Of a DNA stretch of 48,816 nucleotides, positions 1 through 8,914 are shown piece by piece. Within the stretch, counting starts at the first letter, position 1. Every line of letters begins with the position of its first letter. The notes beneath the pieces were generated by a model. It searched no databases, was not told the origin of the DNA, and was given only the letters and a program-made list of their open reading frames with translations. Source of the stretch: a virus. Where the stretch lies: IMG/VR virus record IMGVR_UViG_3300027917_000023; one strand, 5' to 3'. Position numbers and translations under genes: made by a program.

Positions 1-618
1 TATTAGGTCGCCAGCCTCCAATTCAGCAGCCTTGGCCCACTCACGCCCCTGCACCATCACTCTGTGCATCGGGGTGCATTCTAATTCATACCCCATCAGC
101 GTCTTGATCTTAATCGTCTCTTGCTTATTCTTACGGATAAAAGCATCGATCTTATTAAGGCCATCAATCCCTATCACACTACATGCATTATCTTCAATGT
201 CGCCGATTGCTATGACACCACCGCTTGTCAGCAAAATGGTGTCTGGCGCTACACACCACATGTTGAATACTTTGGTGTGCCCAGGAGACCAATCAAACTT
301 GTACAATACCGATTCTATCTGCACCCACGCAACTTGAAAAAGATCACCAAACGAAGCTTCGTCAGAACCAGGATAAATATTGTGAAAATTATGGGTGCGT
401 ATAATCTGCCGAATCAACTCAGCAGCATGGCTCATTATCTCATCGCGTAGTTTGACATTGACGCACCCATCCTTAACATATTTAATCAAAAGTTGCTCGA
501 CTAAATGATTGTTAAAATAGTGCCCGAGCCTAGCAGCTTCTGTGCTAGGATCATTTATGTCTAGTTTTTCATCTTCTGAACTGCTATCTGATTCTTTTTT
601 CTTGTTTTTCTTTGGCAT
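1..618 (-). CDS. Late-transcription sigma factor, T4 gp55-like (N-terminal part), interrupted by an intein; truncated by the window edge
   Basis: Reverse-strand ORF starts at ATG (rc of 616-618), MPKKNKKK..., and stays open to position 1. 'HYFNNHLVEQLLI', 'RTHNFHNIY' and 'KFDWSPGHTKVFNMW' match T4 gp55 blocks 'YVNNKELLQAII', 'RFNFSGY' and 'NFDETKYKNPHAY'. Directly after ...FNMW comes 'CVAPDTILLTSGGVIAIGDI' (intein block A) and later 'LECTPMHRVMV' (block B, TxxH). Confidence 0.55.
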   Translation of the reverse strand, partial: MPKKNKKKESDSSSEDEKLDINDPSTEAARLGHYFNNHLVEQLLIKYVKDGCVNVKLRDEIMSHAAELIRQIIRTHNFHNIYPGSDEASFGDLFQVAWVQIESVLYKFDWSPGHTKVFNMWCVAPDTILLTSGGVIAIGDIEDNACSVIGIDGLNKIDAFIRKNKQETIKIKTLMGYELECTPMHRVMVQGREWAKAAELEAGDLI

Positions 619-712
619 ATAAATTCCTAACCCCTTTGATTATATTTACTCATAGACCGCCACACTTAATTATAGGAGTTTAACGTCATTATTAGAAATG
701 AGATGGGAAGTG

Positions 713-2218
713 CTACTTTGGTCTTCTGAAGCGAGATTTTACGTATGCTTTACCGTCGAGAGTGCCATTTTTAAATATGACCTTTGACTCATAACCAAGC
801 GATATAAGAGCCTTTAACTGTTCACGACTGTGGCGATACAGATAATAATTGTTCAAGAACATAAAACTAAAAACCCTGGCCCATCCTCTGGCATTATTAC
901 GAACAGCCCTTCCTATCTTTTGGTCGAATTCTGTCCAGAGTTTCCCGCCGCCAATCAATATGAGATTTTCGACACCACCTTTAAGATCTAGGCCTCTCTT
1001 GATTATTTTCCCACCAATAAGGCATTTTATTTTTCTATCTTGAAAGTCTTGTACAGCTTTCCTTCTTTTGGTTTGTGCAGTCTTACCATAAATAAATACC
1101 GAATTTGGTATCAATTTTTCTAATGCTTTGCCAATATCTTCAATGTTTAATGTGTCAAGTAATACAAGCGTACCATCATCAGGAAAGGCTTGTATTATCT
1201 GCAATACCCTCTTGTGAAATTTAGGGTTGTCAATTATGATCTCTCTCTCAGCGATATCCAAAGCAATTTTGTCCTGAGCATCGCCGCCCTCTCCATATGC
1301 AAACATGTAAAACTTAATTGGGATAATCCTACCAATCTTTTCTAATTCGGATCTTTCTGTATGACTTATTATATTGCCAAGATTCTCTCTAAGTAATAGT
1401 CCCTCGACCGGCTTTTTGACATCGAAAGGGGTACCTGAGAAACCGAATCTCCTTCTTCCTCCGAAATGATATCTGAACAGATTCTTGTATTGTTGGCTTG
1501 TTGCCTTATCCGCCTCATCAACCATAAGCAGATCAGCATTTTTAGCGATCAGTTGGAATTGTTTGGCTCTCTTAGCTCTTTTCTTGTATACTTCAGGATC
1601 TTTTCTTCTCAACGACGCTGGTGGCGATGAGATAGATTGGATCGAACCAACAACAATCAATTGGCCGCTAGGGGTAGCGCCGCCGTAAAATAACCCAACT
1701 TCATCTATTACATCCCTAAGTTCAAGCCTTTCTTTGATTTGCTCAATTATAATTCTCTTATCAGCTAAAATGACAGTCGGACAGTTATACATTTTAGCAA
1801 TACCAGCCATCACCTCCGTTTTGCCGCCACCCGTTGACATACTCACAAGACCTATCTCATTAACGCATGCAGCCCTTATCGCCCTTATCTGATGTGGTTC
1901 AAGAGTAATGCCATGCAGGAGGTCGTCTTTTACATCGTCCGGGTTTGGTACATATTTTGGTGGAGGCCTCTCATCAATAATCTCAAGTGGTATGTCCTTT
2001 ACGTCGCATAAATCGGATAAATCTTGTAAGAATGGCAGAGCCAACCGCTGCTTATTGGCATCATATCTTCTATAGTAACCATCCCAACTCTGTTCTTCAA
2101 CGTTTATGAACCTTATCCTTGGATGCCGTGCGCTAAAATAGTCGTTGAGGATTCCTTCGTGATATACATCTACATGCTCCAACTGTATAACCCGGTTGCT
2201 TACTATCCTGGCAAGCAT
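713..2218 (-). CDS. SF2 DEAD/DEAH-box helicase (UvsW/RecG-like)
   Basis: 501-aa ORF. Motif I 'MSTGGGKTEV', motif II 'LLMVDEADKA' (DEAD), motif III-like 'FSGTP', motif VI 'QKIGRAVRN'. Confidence 0.7.
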   Translation of the reverse strand: MLARIVSNRVIQLEHVDVYHEGILNDYFSARHPRIRFINVEEQSWDGYYRRYDANKQRLALPFLQDLSDLCDVKDIPLEIIDERPPPKYVPNPDDVKDDLLHGITLEPHQIRAIRAACVNEIGLVSMSTGGGKTEVMAGIAKMYNCPTVILADKRIIIEQIKERLELRDVIDEVGLFYGGATPSGQLIVVGSIQSISSPPASLRRKDPEVYKKRAKRAKQFQLIAKNADLLMVDEADKATSQQYKNLFRYHFGGRRRFGFSGTPFDVKKPVEGLLLRENLGNIISHTERSELEKIGRIIPIKFYMFAYGEGGDAQDKIALDIAEREIIIDNPKFHKRVLQIIQAFPDDGTLVLLDTLNIEDIGKALEKLIPNSVFIYGKTAQTKRRKAVQDFQDRKIKCLIGGKIIKRGLDLKGGVENLILIGGGKLWTEFDQKIGRAVRNNARGWARVFSFMFLNNYYLYRHSREQLKALISLGYESKVIFKNGTLDGKAYVKSRFRRPK

Positions 2219-2230
2219 ATTAATTAAATA

Positions 2231-2641
2231 CTATTCGAATCTGACTAAGCTAATTTGATAATCTGATGTGATATAAGTCCCGCTCTTGTCACTGAATACG
2301 AATTGATCAGACAATGGGAAAATAATCGGGATACCATTTTTACTATAGGATTCTGGACGCAAAACTTTCACATTCTCAAATGACATGTCACCGCTTACTG
2401 TAAGCCTTTTAACAAGTATGCCGTCTTTCATTTGAGTGTTATTGAGTTGTATAAGCGTTACAGCATAATACGGCACAGAAAATGTGCCCATCTTATCTCT
2501 AAATGAAAAATTGGAATCCTCGAAGAAATTTGGATATCCAAATGATTCTCCGTGCTCGGGTATAGAAACATTTTCATATGGCTTGTCACTATCTACTGTC
2601 AGTCTTTGTACTTTTATCATACTTAGGGCCCTTATAAACAC
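2231..2641 (-). CDS. Hypothetical protein (136 aa)
   Basis: ORF directly upstream of the helicase on the same strand. Confidence 0.5.
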   Translation of the reverse strand: MFIRALSMIKVQRLTVDSDKPYENVSIPEHGESFGYPNFFEDSNFSFRDKMGTFSVPYYAVTLIQLNNTQMKDGILVKRLTVSGDMSFENVKVLRPESYSKNGIPIIFPLSDQFVFSDKSGTYITSDYQISLVRFE

Positions 2642-2764
2642 CTTTTGAGCTTCCTTTATTCACAGAATACGACGGGCTGTTAGACACACGCCCTTTAGAT
2701 ATCTTACCAGTGTGTAATGATGCTAATTTCATCTGTTTTACGTTTGACCTAGCAAAAATACACT

Positions 2765-2941
2765 ATGAGCCACAATTACATTATCGCAACAGCTAAGCGT
2801 TTGGCCGATTTATATGGTATATGGTACAACAACAGCGATCCAAATAGGTTTGAAAAATTCATCGAAATGCTTAGCGGCCAACCAAATCCAAAGATAAGAG
2901 AGAAAGCCAGAAATTTAGTTAAATATAGATACGGTGAATAA
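2765..2941 (+). CDS. Small hypothetical protein (58 aa, MSHNYIIATAKRLADLYGIW...)
   Basis: ATG..TAA ORF below the 60-aa cutoff of the ORF track, in a divergent intergenic region. No strong SD. Confidence 0.3.
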   Translation: MSHNYIIATAKRLADLYGIWYNNSDPNRFEKFIEMLSGQPNPKIREKARNLVKYRYGE

Positions 2942-3104
2942 TTCAAAATCATCTGCTCGTCGGCTAATAATACCTCGCGCTCGTCATTGCAACCTCACTT
3001 ATCAACTCATTTGTTGGTTTCCCACATTGGCAGGGCGATGTAGCGAAAAACGGCTACACCGACCACAACCCCAACGAGAAAAACAATCATCTTCACTCTC
3101 CAAA

Positions 3105-3365
3105 TCATTTGTGTGACGAAGTGCATTTGGGTCCACCACGACACCCACGAAACCCTGCACCGCAACAGTTGTCTTCCCCAATGAGCACGCGATACGGCCC
3201 ATACCTCAGAAGTTTGTCGCAGTCGAGGCAAACCTCTTCCCCCTGATTTGTCCCGTCCATTCTGCGCCTTACTTTCTTCTGGTTGTGTGGGCATCGCTTT
3301 TGTATCGCGGCCACTTTGCGGTAGCACTCGTCCCTCGCTCGTTGGATCTGCTTTCTGTAATTCAC
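3105..3365 (-). CDS. Small Cys-rich (zinc-finger-like) protein
   Basis: 86-aa ORF just downstream of the RNR on the same strand, with CxxC/CC clusters. It overlaps a 141-aa alternative ORF that runs into the RNR 3' end, which I judge spurious. Confidence 0.35.
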   Translation of the reverse strand: MNYRKQIQRARDECYRKVAAIQKRCPHNQKKVRRRMDGTNQGEEVCLDCDKLLRYGPYRVLIGEDNCCGAGFRGCRGGPKCTSSHK

Positions 3366-3389
3366 TTTCGTCCTCTTTGATCAATACCA

Positions 3390-6300
3390 TTATGGTGAGC
3401 ATCCGCCCAATGCAGCTCCGCAACGCAAGCATGTTTCACATGGATATAGCTGTATATTCGTTGATCCGCATTTTGGGCATGAATTCTCGATAACTTTCAG
3501 CAAATCTATATTCTTCTCCTCTAATTTGACCTTCTCTTCTTTGCCATTGCCTTTCTTTTTCTTAAACTTGCCGCACCTAATCATATGCACTGGTGGTTTC
3601 CTTCTGCAGAATGTGACATCACCTTGATACTCCAGCATGGCTAGCTTAATCGCTAGATCGATCACGCTTTTACAATACGTAATATACGGATGGTCTGTCG
3701 GACCGCCAGGACCACCCTCTTCATTCGCATATGACCTATGGATGTCCTCAAGCGGTGTGCCATATTGGATCGCATTAGAAATGGCGCGAGAAGCCCATTT
3801 CATAGCAAAGTGGAATGATGGATTGTCCTTTGTCACTTCAATCCAAATTTCAGACAAGTCTCCGCTCTCATATTCACCAAACTTTATGATTACTTTCTGG
3901 TATTGAGCTGGATTCTTTATCAACACTTCATGGGCTATCATATTTCTACGTTTAGGTGGCCTTTTGCGTGACCCACGCGTATACACAGTGCCATTTTTCT
4001 TTTGGTCCCACCAGTCAACATTGTATGGATTTACCATCGGCTGTGCATTCTTGGACCCATCACGATATATAGCGATACATTTAGCACCACCATTATATGC
4101 CTCTATGATCGCTTGGTTGATATCGTTCTTAGTTGCCTCAATTGGCATATTCAACGTCTTGCTGATGCCACCAGAAATAAATGGCGACACTGCGTTAATC
4201 ATCCTGACGTGCGCACGCCAGCTAAGAAACCTATTGCCAAAACCGGATCTTATGGCACAATCGAAGATTGGTAAATGTTCTCGTTTTAGATGTGGTGCTC
4301 CTTCTAAAGTCCCATGTCCGCATATCCATTTAGTAGCCGCAATATATTGGTCTTTTGTGAAATTCATCTGCTTGAATAAGTTTATATCACGATCGAAGCT
4401 TGGTGGCAACCCTATTTTCTCAATCGACTCTGCACTAAGTTTGTTAGTGTCAAAAGCATCTCTCAATTGCACGACTCCATCCAGTTTATTTTCTATGGCG
4501 TCCAAATCTTTTTCACTTATACCAGCTTCTAGTAACGACGTAGAATTTATGAATGGTGCATCATCCAAAGTGTTATTGCCAGTGATGTAAATTTCAATAT
4601 CTTCGATTTGATTCCCTGAGTATCCAAGATTCCTTAATGCTTGTTCGATTGACTGATTGACAATCTTCATAACACCGCCACCAGATAACCTTTTCATCTT
4701 GATCGCCGAATAATCAGGTTCTATCGACGTTGTGTCACATCCCATAAGCAACCCAACCGTGCCAGACGGCTGTATTAATGTCGTAAATGCATTCCTGTAT
4801 CCATGCCGTTTCCCAAGCCTAACTGCATCATTCCATGACTTCACAATTGCCTTACTAAGTTCATGACCGATAATAGAATGATTTATCTCCCAAGGCACGA
4901 TCGGCACACCATCATATGGTTCATTCTTTGGGTTGCCAATAGATGCAAGCCTATGGTTGTTTATGACCCTCATCATGTCTTTTTTGTTTTCTTTGAACCT
5001 TTCGAACACTCCAAGATGTGATGCTAGCTTAGCACTCATTGAATAGCATTGGGCAGTCATCAGACTTGTTATGGCAGCCGCAAGGTGGCAAGCATCGTCA
5101 CTATCATATGGTATCCCAGACCTTTCAAGAACCGCGCCTAGACCGGTATGCCCAAGACCGGTAGTTCTGTACATTGCAGTCCCGTGAGCCAATTGCTTTG
5201 ATGGCAGTTGTGCTGCATCCACTGATATATCAAGCACCATCAACCAGTGCTTACATGCATATTCAAAATCACTTATGTTTAATTTATCGCTGTCGTCGTC
5301 GAAAAAGTTTTGTAAATTGAGGCTCGCCAAATTGCAAGACGTGTTGTCTTTAAAGATAAATTCGGCGCATGGATTGGTAGCCCTGATTCTGCCATCTTTA
5401 GGACATGTATCCCATGCCTGGATTGTAGAGTCGAATTGTACACCTGGGTCACCACTACTCCAGCAAGATTTTATCATTAAATCCCACAGATCCTTTGCCT
5501 TAATCCTTCGCACAATCTCACCAGTTGTCCTGCTTGTCATAAACCAGTCTTCGTCTGTGTCTATTAAACTCATGAATTTGTCTGGTATCCTAACCGAATT
5601 ATTGGAGTTTTGGCCAGACACTGTTTTATATGCTTCTCCTTCCATTCTAGCACTGTAACCAGCGGCCATCAAAGCACTTACTTTCTTCTCTTCTACAGCC
5701 TTCCACTCGATGAACTCAATTACTTCCGGATCATCCATATCCTTAATAACCATCTTTGCGGCCCTTCTCTGTCCGCTACCACTCTTTATGGTGCCTGCAC
5801 TCCTGTCATCTATTACAGCGAACTCCATAGAGCCACTAGCCTGGCTACCAGTTCTAAGAAATTCATATTTTGATCTAATATTGCTAGTATTCTTACCGAC
5901 GCCACCACCTATAGCAAACGCTTTGGCTTCGATGGTTAAATTGTCATATATGCCACCATTTTCGAATAACGAATCGCTCACACTAATTATATGACAAGCA
6001 TGTAACCCAGGATATTCATAAAAATTTTGTGTTTCTTCAATCTTCTTCTTTTCGCTGTTATATCTCCAAAAGCCCTTCTTCTCGCCATCAATACCGTATG
6101 CCCAGTATAATCCAGAATTGAACCATTGAGGAGTATTTGGCGCAGCCATCTGGTGAGTTAACATGTAAATTGATTCATCATAGAATGCCAACGCATCATC
6201 TTCACTGTCGAAATAACCATTCATCCATCCCCAATAACACCAGAACCCAGCTAACCTTCTGAAGACTTGCTTGGCACTATTTTCGTGCGTGAAACTTTTG

Positions 6301-6722
6301 TTTGCTTCTATCCTAAGTTCTGTTATTCTCCTCCTGACTTCCTTGAGCTCTTCTTCTACTTCGTCGTTATCACAATTTAGCCTCAAATAGTCTTCTCTGT
6401 TTCTGTGCTTGGCCAACTCAGCTTTTATTTTCTTGACTTCTTCAGTCGGTTCTCTTCTTCTAAGCCAATCAGGAACTTTCTGTCCCAGCTTGTTTGTCTC
6501 ATCAACAGGCACCGTCTTAAGCGGAACCTCAGTCATCCTGAAGTACTTTGATGCCAATATCTCGCGAGCGTTTTTACCAAATAGCAGAGGCAATTCTGCT
6601 TCATTTATCTTGAAGAAGACTTTACCTGTAACTTCGTTCTTAAGTATTATATCTTCTTTGATCCAATCAATATATTCAAATGGATCAGTGTTTGATGCGG
6701 TAAAGTGCCTCTTAACCTTCAT
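3390..6722 (-). CDS. nrdJ: Ribonucleotide reductase, class II (adenosylcobalamin-dependent NrdJ-like), with C-terminal CxxC zinc-ribbon tail
   Basis: 1110-aa ORF. Active-site region 'TNPCAEFIFKDNTSCNLASLNL' matches the NPCGE / SCNLGSINL hallmark. Also 'ISGGISKTLN' and glycine-rich 'GGGVGKNTSNIRS'. C-terminus carries CPKCG...CETCLRCG. Confidence 0.85.
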   Translation of the reverse strand: MKVKRHFTASNTDPFEYIDWIKEDIILKNEVTGKVFFKINEAELPLLFGKNAREILASKYFRMTEVPLKTVPVDETNKLGQKVPDWLRRREPTEEVKKIKAELAKHRNREDYLRLNCDNDEVEEELKEVRRRITELRIEANKSFTHENSAKQVFRRLAGFWCYWGWMNGYFDSEDDALAFYDESIYMLTHQMAAPNTPQWFNSGLYWAYGIDGEKKGFWRYNSEKKKIEETQNFYEYPGLHACHIISVSDSLFENGGIYDNLTIEAKAFAIGGGVGKNTSNIRSKYEFLRTGSQASGSMEFAVIDDRSAGTIKSGSGQRRAAKMVIKDMDDPEVIEFIEWKAVEEKKVSALMAAGYSARMEGEAYKTVSGQNSNNSVRIPDKFMSLIDTDEDWFMTSRTTGEIVRRIKAKDLWDLMIKSCWSSGDPGVQFDSTIQAWDTCPKDGRIRATNPCAEFIFKDNTSCNLASLNLQNFFDDDSDKLNISDFEYACKHWLMVLDISVDAAQLPSKQLAHGTAMYRTTGLGHTGLGAVLERSGIPYDSDDACHLAAAITSLMTAQCYSMSAKLASHLGVFERFKENKKDMMRVINNHRLASIGNPKNEPYDGVPIVPWEINHSIIGHELSKAIVKSWNDAVRLGKRHGYRNAFTTLIQPSGTVGLLMGCDTTSIEPDYSAIKMKRLSGGGVMKIVNQSIEQALRNLGYSGNQIEDIEIYITGNNTLDDAPFINSTSLLEAGISEKDLDAIENKLDGVVQLRDAFDTNKLSAESIEKIGLPPSFDRDINLFKQMNFTKDQYIAATKWICGHGTLEGAPHLKREHLPIFDCAIRSGFGNRFLSWRAHVRMINAVSPFISGGISKTLNMPIEATKNDINQAIIEAYNGGAKCIAIYRDGSKNAQPMVNPYNVDWWDQKKNGTVYTRGSRKRPPKRRNMIAHEVLIKNPAQYQKVIIKFGEYESGDLSEIWIEVTKDNPSFHFAMKWASRAISNAIQYGTPLEDIHRSYANEEGGPGGPTDHPYITYCKSVIDLAIKLAMLEYQGDVTFCRRKPPVHMIRCGKFKKKKGNGKEEKVKLEEKNIDLLKVIENSCPKCGSTNIQLYPCETCLRCGAALGGCSP

Positions 6723-7336
6723 GAAGGGACTCCTGAATCCATTAAATCGTTACCCATGACAGACTTTAGGCCATTATATCTGTCACGATTCAACAAAATA
6801 CCAATCCTAATTCTAAGCAAATCGATATCAGACGGATGCATTGCTCTTTCACCATCGTCGAGTTTTTGCAAAGCTTCGTTACACTTCTTCGAAATGGCAA
6901 GCATCTCGCTTGGAAGGCTACCGTTATTTACTAGGTGGGTCAGCTTCGAATAACCGCCAAGTGATTGCTGATCGGCCAGGTTGTTTATATTTGCTATCAA
7001 CTTGTGTGATTCGATAATCGAAGCATATGCTAACTTGGTCATTTCCAGTGTTGCTTCCATCTGGCGGCAACCGATTTCAAACACATCAGCCATATTAAGT
7101 ACAGTAATGCCTTTATGCAATAGTCTGTTCTTTTTAGCGTATTTCACTATTTCTGACATTAGTTCAGCCATCTGTTCTATATCTAGACCAATTTCTTTCG
7201 ATTTATCAACAAACTTGGATGCAGCTCTATATTGGTAAGTTTTGGTAATGTCTGAGTATCTGGCTTTAGATATTTTACGCCCAACAGACTTCATAAGTTC
7301 ATTAAACCGTTCGTATATAAATAAAGCAGCATCCAT
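6719..7336 (-). CDS. Hypothetical protein (205 aa)
   Basis: ORF overlapping the RNR start by 4 nt (translational coupling). Confidence 0.55.
   Translation of the reverse strand: MDAALFIYERFNELMKSVGRKISKARYSDITKTYQYRAASKFVDKSKEIGLDIEQMAELMSEIVKYAKKNRLLHKGITVLNMADVFEIGCRQMEATLEMTKLAYASIIESHKLIANINNLADQQSLGGYSKLTHLVNNGSLPSEMLAISKKCNEALQKLDDGERAMHPSDIDLLRIRIGILLNRDRYNGLKSVMGNDLMDSGVPS
7314..7321 (+). promoter_or_regulatory. T4-type late promoter motif TATAAATA, ~45 nt upstream of ORF 7366
   Basis: Exact TATAAATA on the + strand. The phage encodes a gp55-like late sigma factor. Confidence 0.3.
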
Positions 7337-7365
7337 AGAAGTGAAATACTGTTAAAGGGTAAGAG

Positions 7366-7605
7366 ATGAACGAACAAGAAATAGATCAGGTTTCACCAAA
7401 TGAAAATTTTGAAGAGATCTTTAAGGACGTAGAAAAACTAATTAAAAAACACAAAATAAATAAAGCCGTGTTGATATTTACTTCAAAGGGAGGCAAGGAA
7501 CCAGCATTTTGGTTCAATCACGGGCATTTTTATGACGCGGCAAGCCTGATGGCATCGTGTGTAAAGATGATCAAGGGGCGGGTGGCGTCTGACTTGGACT
7601 GTTGA
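7366..7605 (+). CDS. Hypothetical protein (79 aa)
   Basis: ORF with SD-like 'aagggtaagag' upstream. An isolated +-strand gene inside a minus-strand block. Confidence 0.5.
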   Translation: MNEQEIDQVSPNENFEEIFKDVEKLIKKHKINKAVLIFTSKGGKEPAFWFNHGHFYDAASLMASCVKMIKGRVASDLDC

Positions 7606-7777
7606 TATCACAATGGAGCGCTTGCCCACAACTAGGGCATATTCTTACAAATCCAGTGTCTCTTGGGTTGTTTGGTAGCTTATCAGACTTCCAGTGGGTG
7701 GGAAGCCTCTCACCACAATTCGGGCAAACCCCTTTATGTGTGTGGTAAGCATTCATTAGTATATCCAAACAGTGCAT
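7571..7777 (-). CDS. Small zinc-ribbon protein (68 aa)
   Basis: Two CxxC pairs (CPNCG ... CPSCG). Confidence 0.45.
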   Translation of the reverse strand: MHCLDILMNAYHTHKGVCPNCGERLPTHWKSDKLPNNPRDTGFVRICPSCGQALHCDINSPSQTPPAP

Positions 7778-8150
7778 CTAGCATCTTATTTATCACATTA
7801 GGATCTGCGACACTAATTGTATTGGTAGAATAGTAGCGCGGCACTTCCCTATAACATACAATTAAATCATCTATAATGTGTATATACATTGCAACTGTGC
7901 GGTCAGATTTCTTGGCTATAAATAGCGCTGGCCCGTAAGTATGTGGAGCGCGTGTAACCCCCCGTTCAGCATAAAAATTACCAAACCTGTCAGAACGTGC
8001 CAATTCATCTAACACGTACTGTATGACAATCTCATGATCGTCAAGGCGTTCCTTTATGCTTCCCTTATGCTTCCCTTGGCTTTCGCGCATCTCTTGCATT
8101 TCGAAATATCCATCTGGCGCTTGGCGGAAGCTCTCGCTCCCGCCAAGCAA
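7734..8150 (-). CDS. Hypothetical protein (138 aa)
   Basis: ORF. Contains a short tandem nucleotide duplication (ttatgcttccc x2) at about 8047-8070. Confidence 0.5.
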   Translation of the reverse strand: MLGGSESFRQAPDGYFEMQEMRESQGKHKGSIKERLDDHEIVIQYVLDELARSDRFGNFYAERGVTRAPHTYGPALFIAKKSDRTVAMYIHIIDDLIVCYREVPRYYSTNTISVADPNVINKMLDALFGYTNECLPHT

Positions 8151-8341
8151 TTTTATTGGATCTCAAATAAGATCGGAGAGTCAATCCTCTCCCTTGGATA
8201 CCTGTCCCCTGGAGGCTTTGTTCCATCGGGAGTCAGGCTCAATAAAATTTTGAGTGCCTAAGGCTAACTCCTAACGAGCCCTGGTCCAACATTTGAGATG
8301 GTAAGGCTGAAGGGTTGTCGGCAGCCAATCCCATCGAGATC

Positions 8342-8722
8342 CTACTCAAAAACTTCACTGATTATCTTACTTCGTACGAATTCTTCAATGTCTTTATCTA
8401 ATGGTCGTTTGTGTTTTATAGCATGCAGCACATCTGCAGAATTAGTCCAACCGCCCACCCCGAAAGTACTTCCCTGCGTGGTTCCGACCCAATTCGCATC
8501 TATAATCTCATCGCCATCAGTAAGCAATTTATATTGTCTCTTTGGACCATTCCATTTGCCAAAGCTTGCTTCAATGAACAACCATAATTCCCCATCGTGC
8601 GGAACGTATGCCTTATCTATCGATTCACGTAAAATTCTATCACCGTCTACATAAAACAGCTCAAGCTTTTCAACCCCACCGAGCCCAATAGGATCGTATA
8701 ACTTAAGCAACTTCTTAGCCAC
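8342..8722 (-). CDS. Hypothetical protein (126 aa)
   Basis: ORF only. Confidence 0.55.
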   Translation of the reverse strand: MAKKLLKLYDPIGLGGVEKLELFYVDGDRILRESIDKAYVPHDGELWLFIEASFGKWNGPKRQYKLLTDGDEIIDANWVGTTQGSTFGVGGWTNSADVLHAIKHKRPLDKDIEEFVRSKIISEVFE

Positions 8723-8731
8723 TTGGTCCTC

Positions 8732-8848
8732 TTAGGTACCCCTTGGCGAAACCGATCGGAACAGGCCCAAATCGTTTCCTGTTGATTTTCTTTTTGCCGC
8801 TGATAACCTTCTTCGATACTTTACCAGCAATTTCCCCTTGCTATTCAT
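8732..8848 (-). CDS. Small highly basic protein (38 aa, MNSKGKLLVKYRRRLSAAKRKSTG...)
   Basis: Short ORF with good SD (aaagaggaagacaATG) in a 190-bp intergenic gap. Below the ORF-track cutoff. Confidence 0.25.
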   Translation of the reverse strand: MNSKGKLLVKYRRRLSAAKRKSTGNDLGLFRSVSPRGT

Positions 8849-8914
8849 TGTCTTCCTCTTTAAATACAATTATGGAAGTTCTACAGTAGTTTTGCGCGGA
8901 TTATTATAGATTCA

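Noticed and set aside
32-450. +-strand ORFs 32..337 and 121..450 from the ORF track
   Set aside because: They are antisense to the well-supported gp55-like/intein ORF on the minus strand. Composition and lack of RBS argue against them.
713-2218. Initially read as terminase large subunit because of a Walker A/B ATPase next to virion genes
   Set aside because: The motif set is GxGKT, DEAD, an SAT-like motif and QxxGRxxR, which is the SF2 helicase signature. No terminase nuclease motifs are present.
3007-3432. 141-aa minus-strand ORF overlapping the RNR 3' end
   Set aside because: It runs 40 nt into the RNR coding region. The shorter Cys-rich ORF 3105..3365 is the more plausible gene.
8047-8070. 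Short tandem duplication ttatgcttccc x2 inside ORF 7734..8150
   Set aside because: It lies within an open reading frame and is too short and isolated to be a regulatory repeat. It is probably a slippage duplication, and noted only under the gene.
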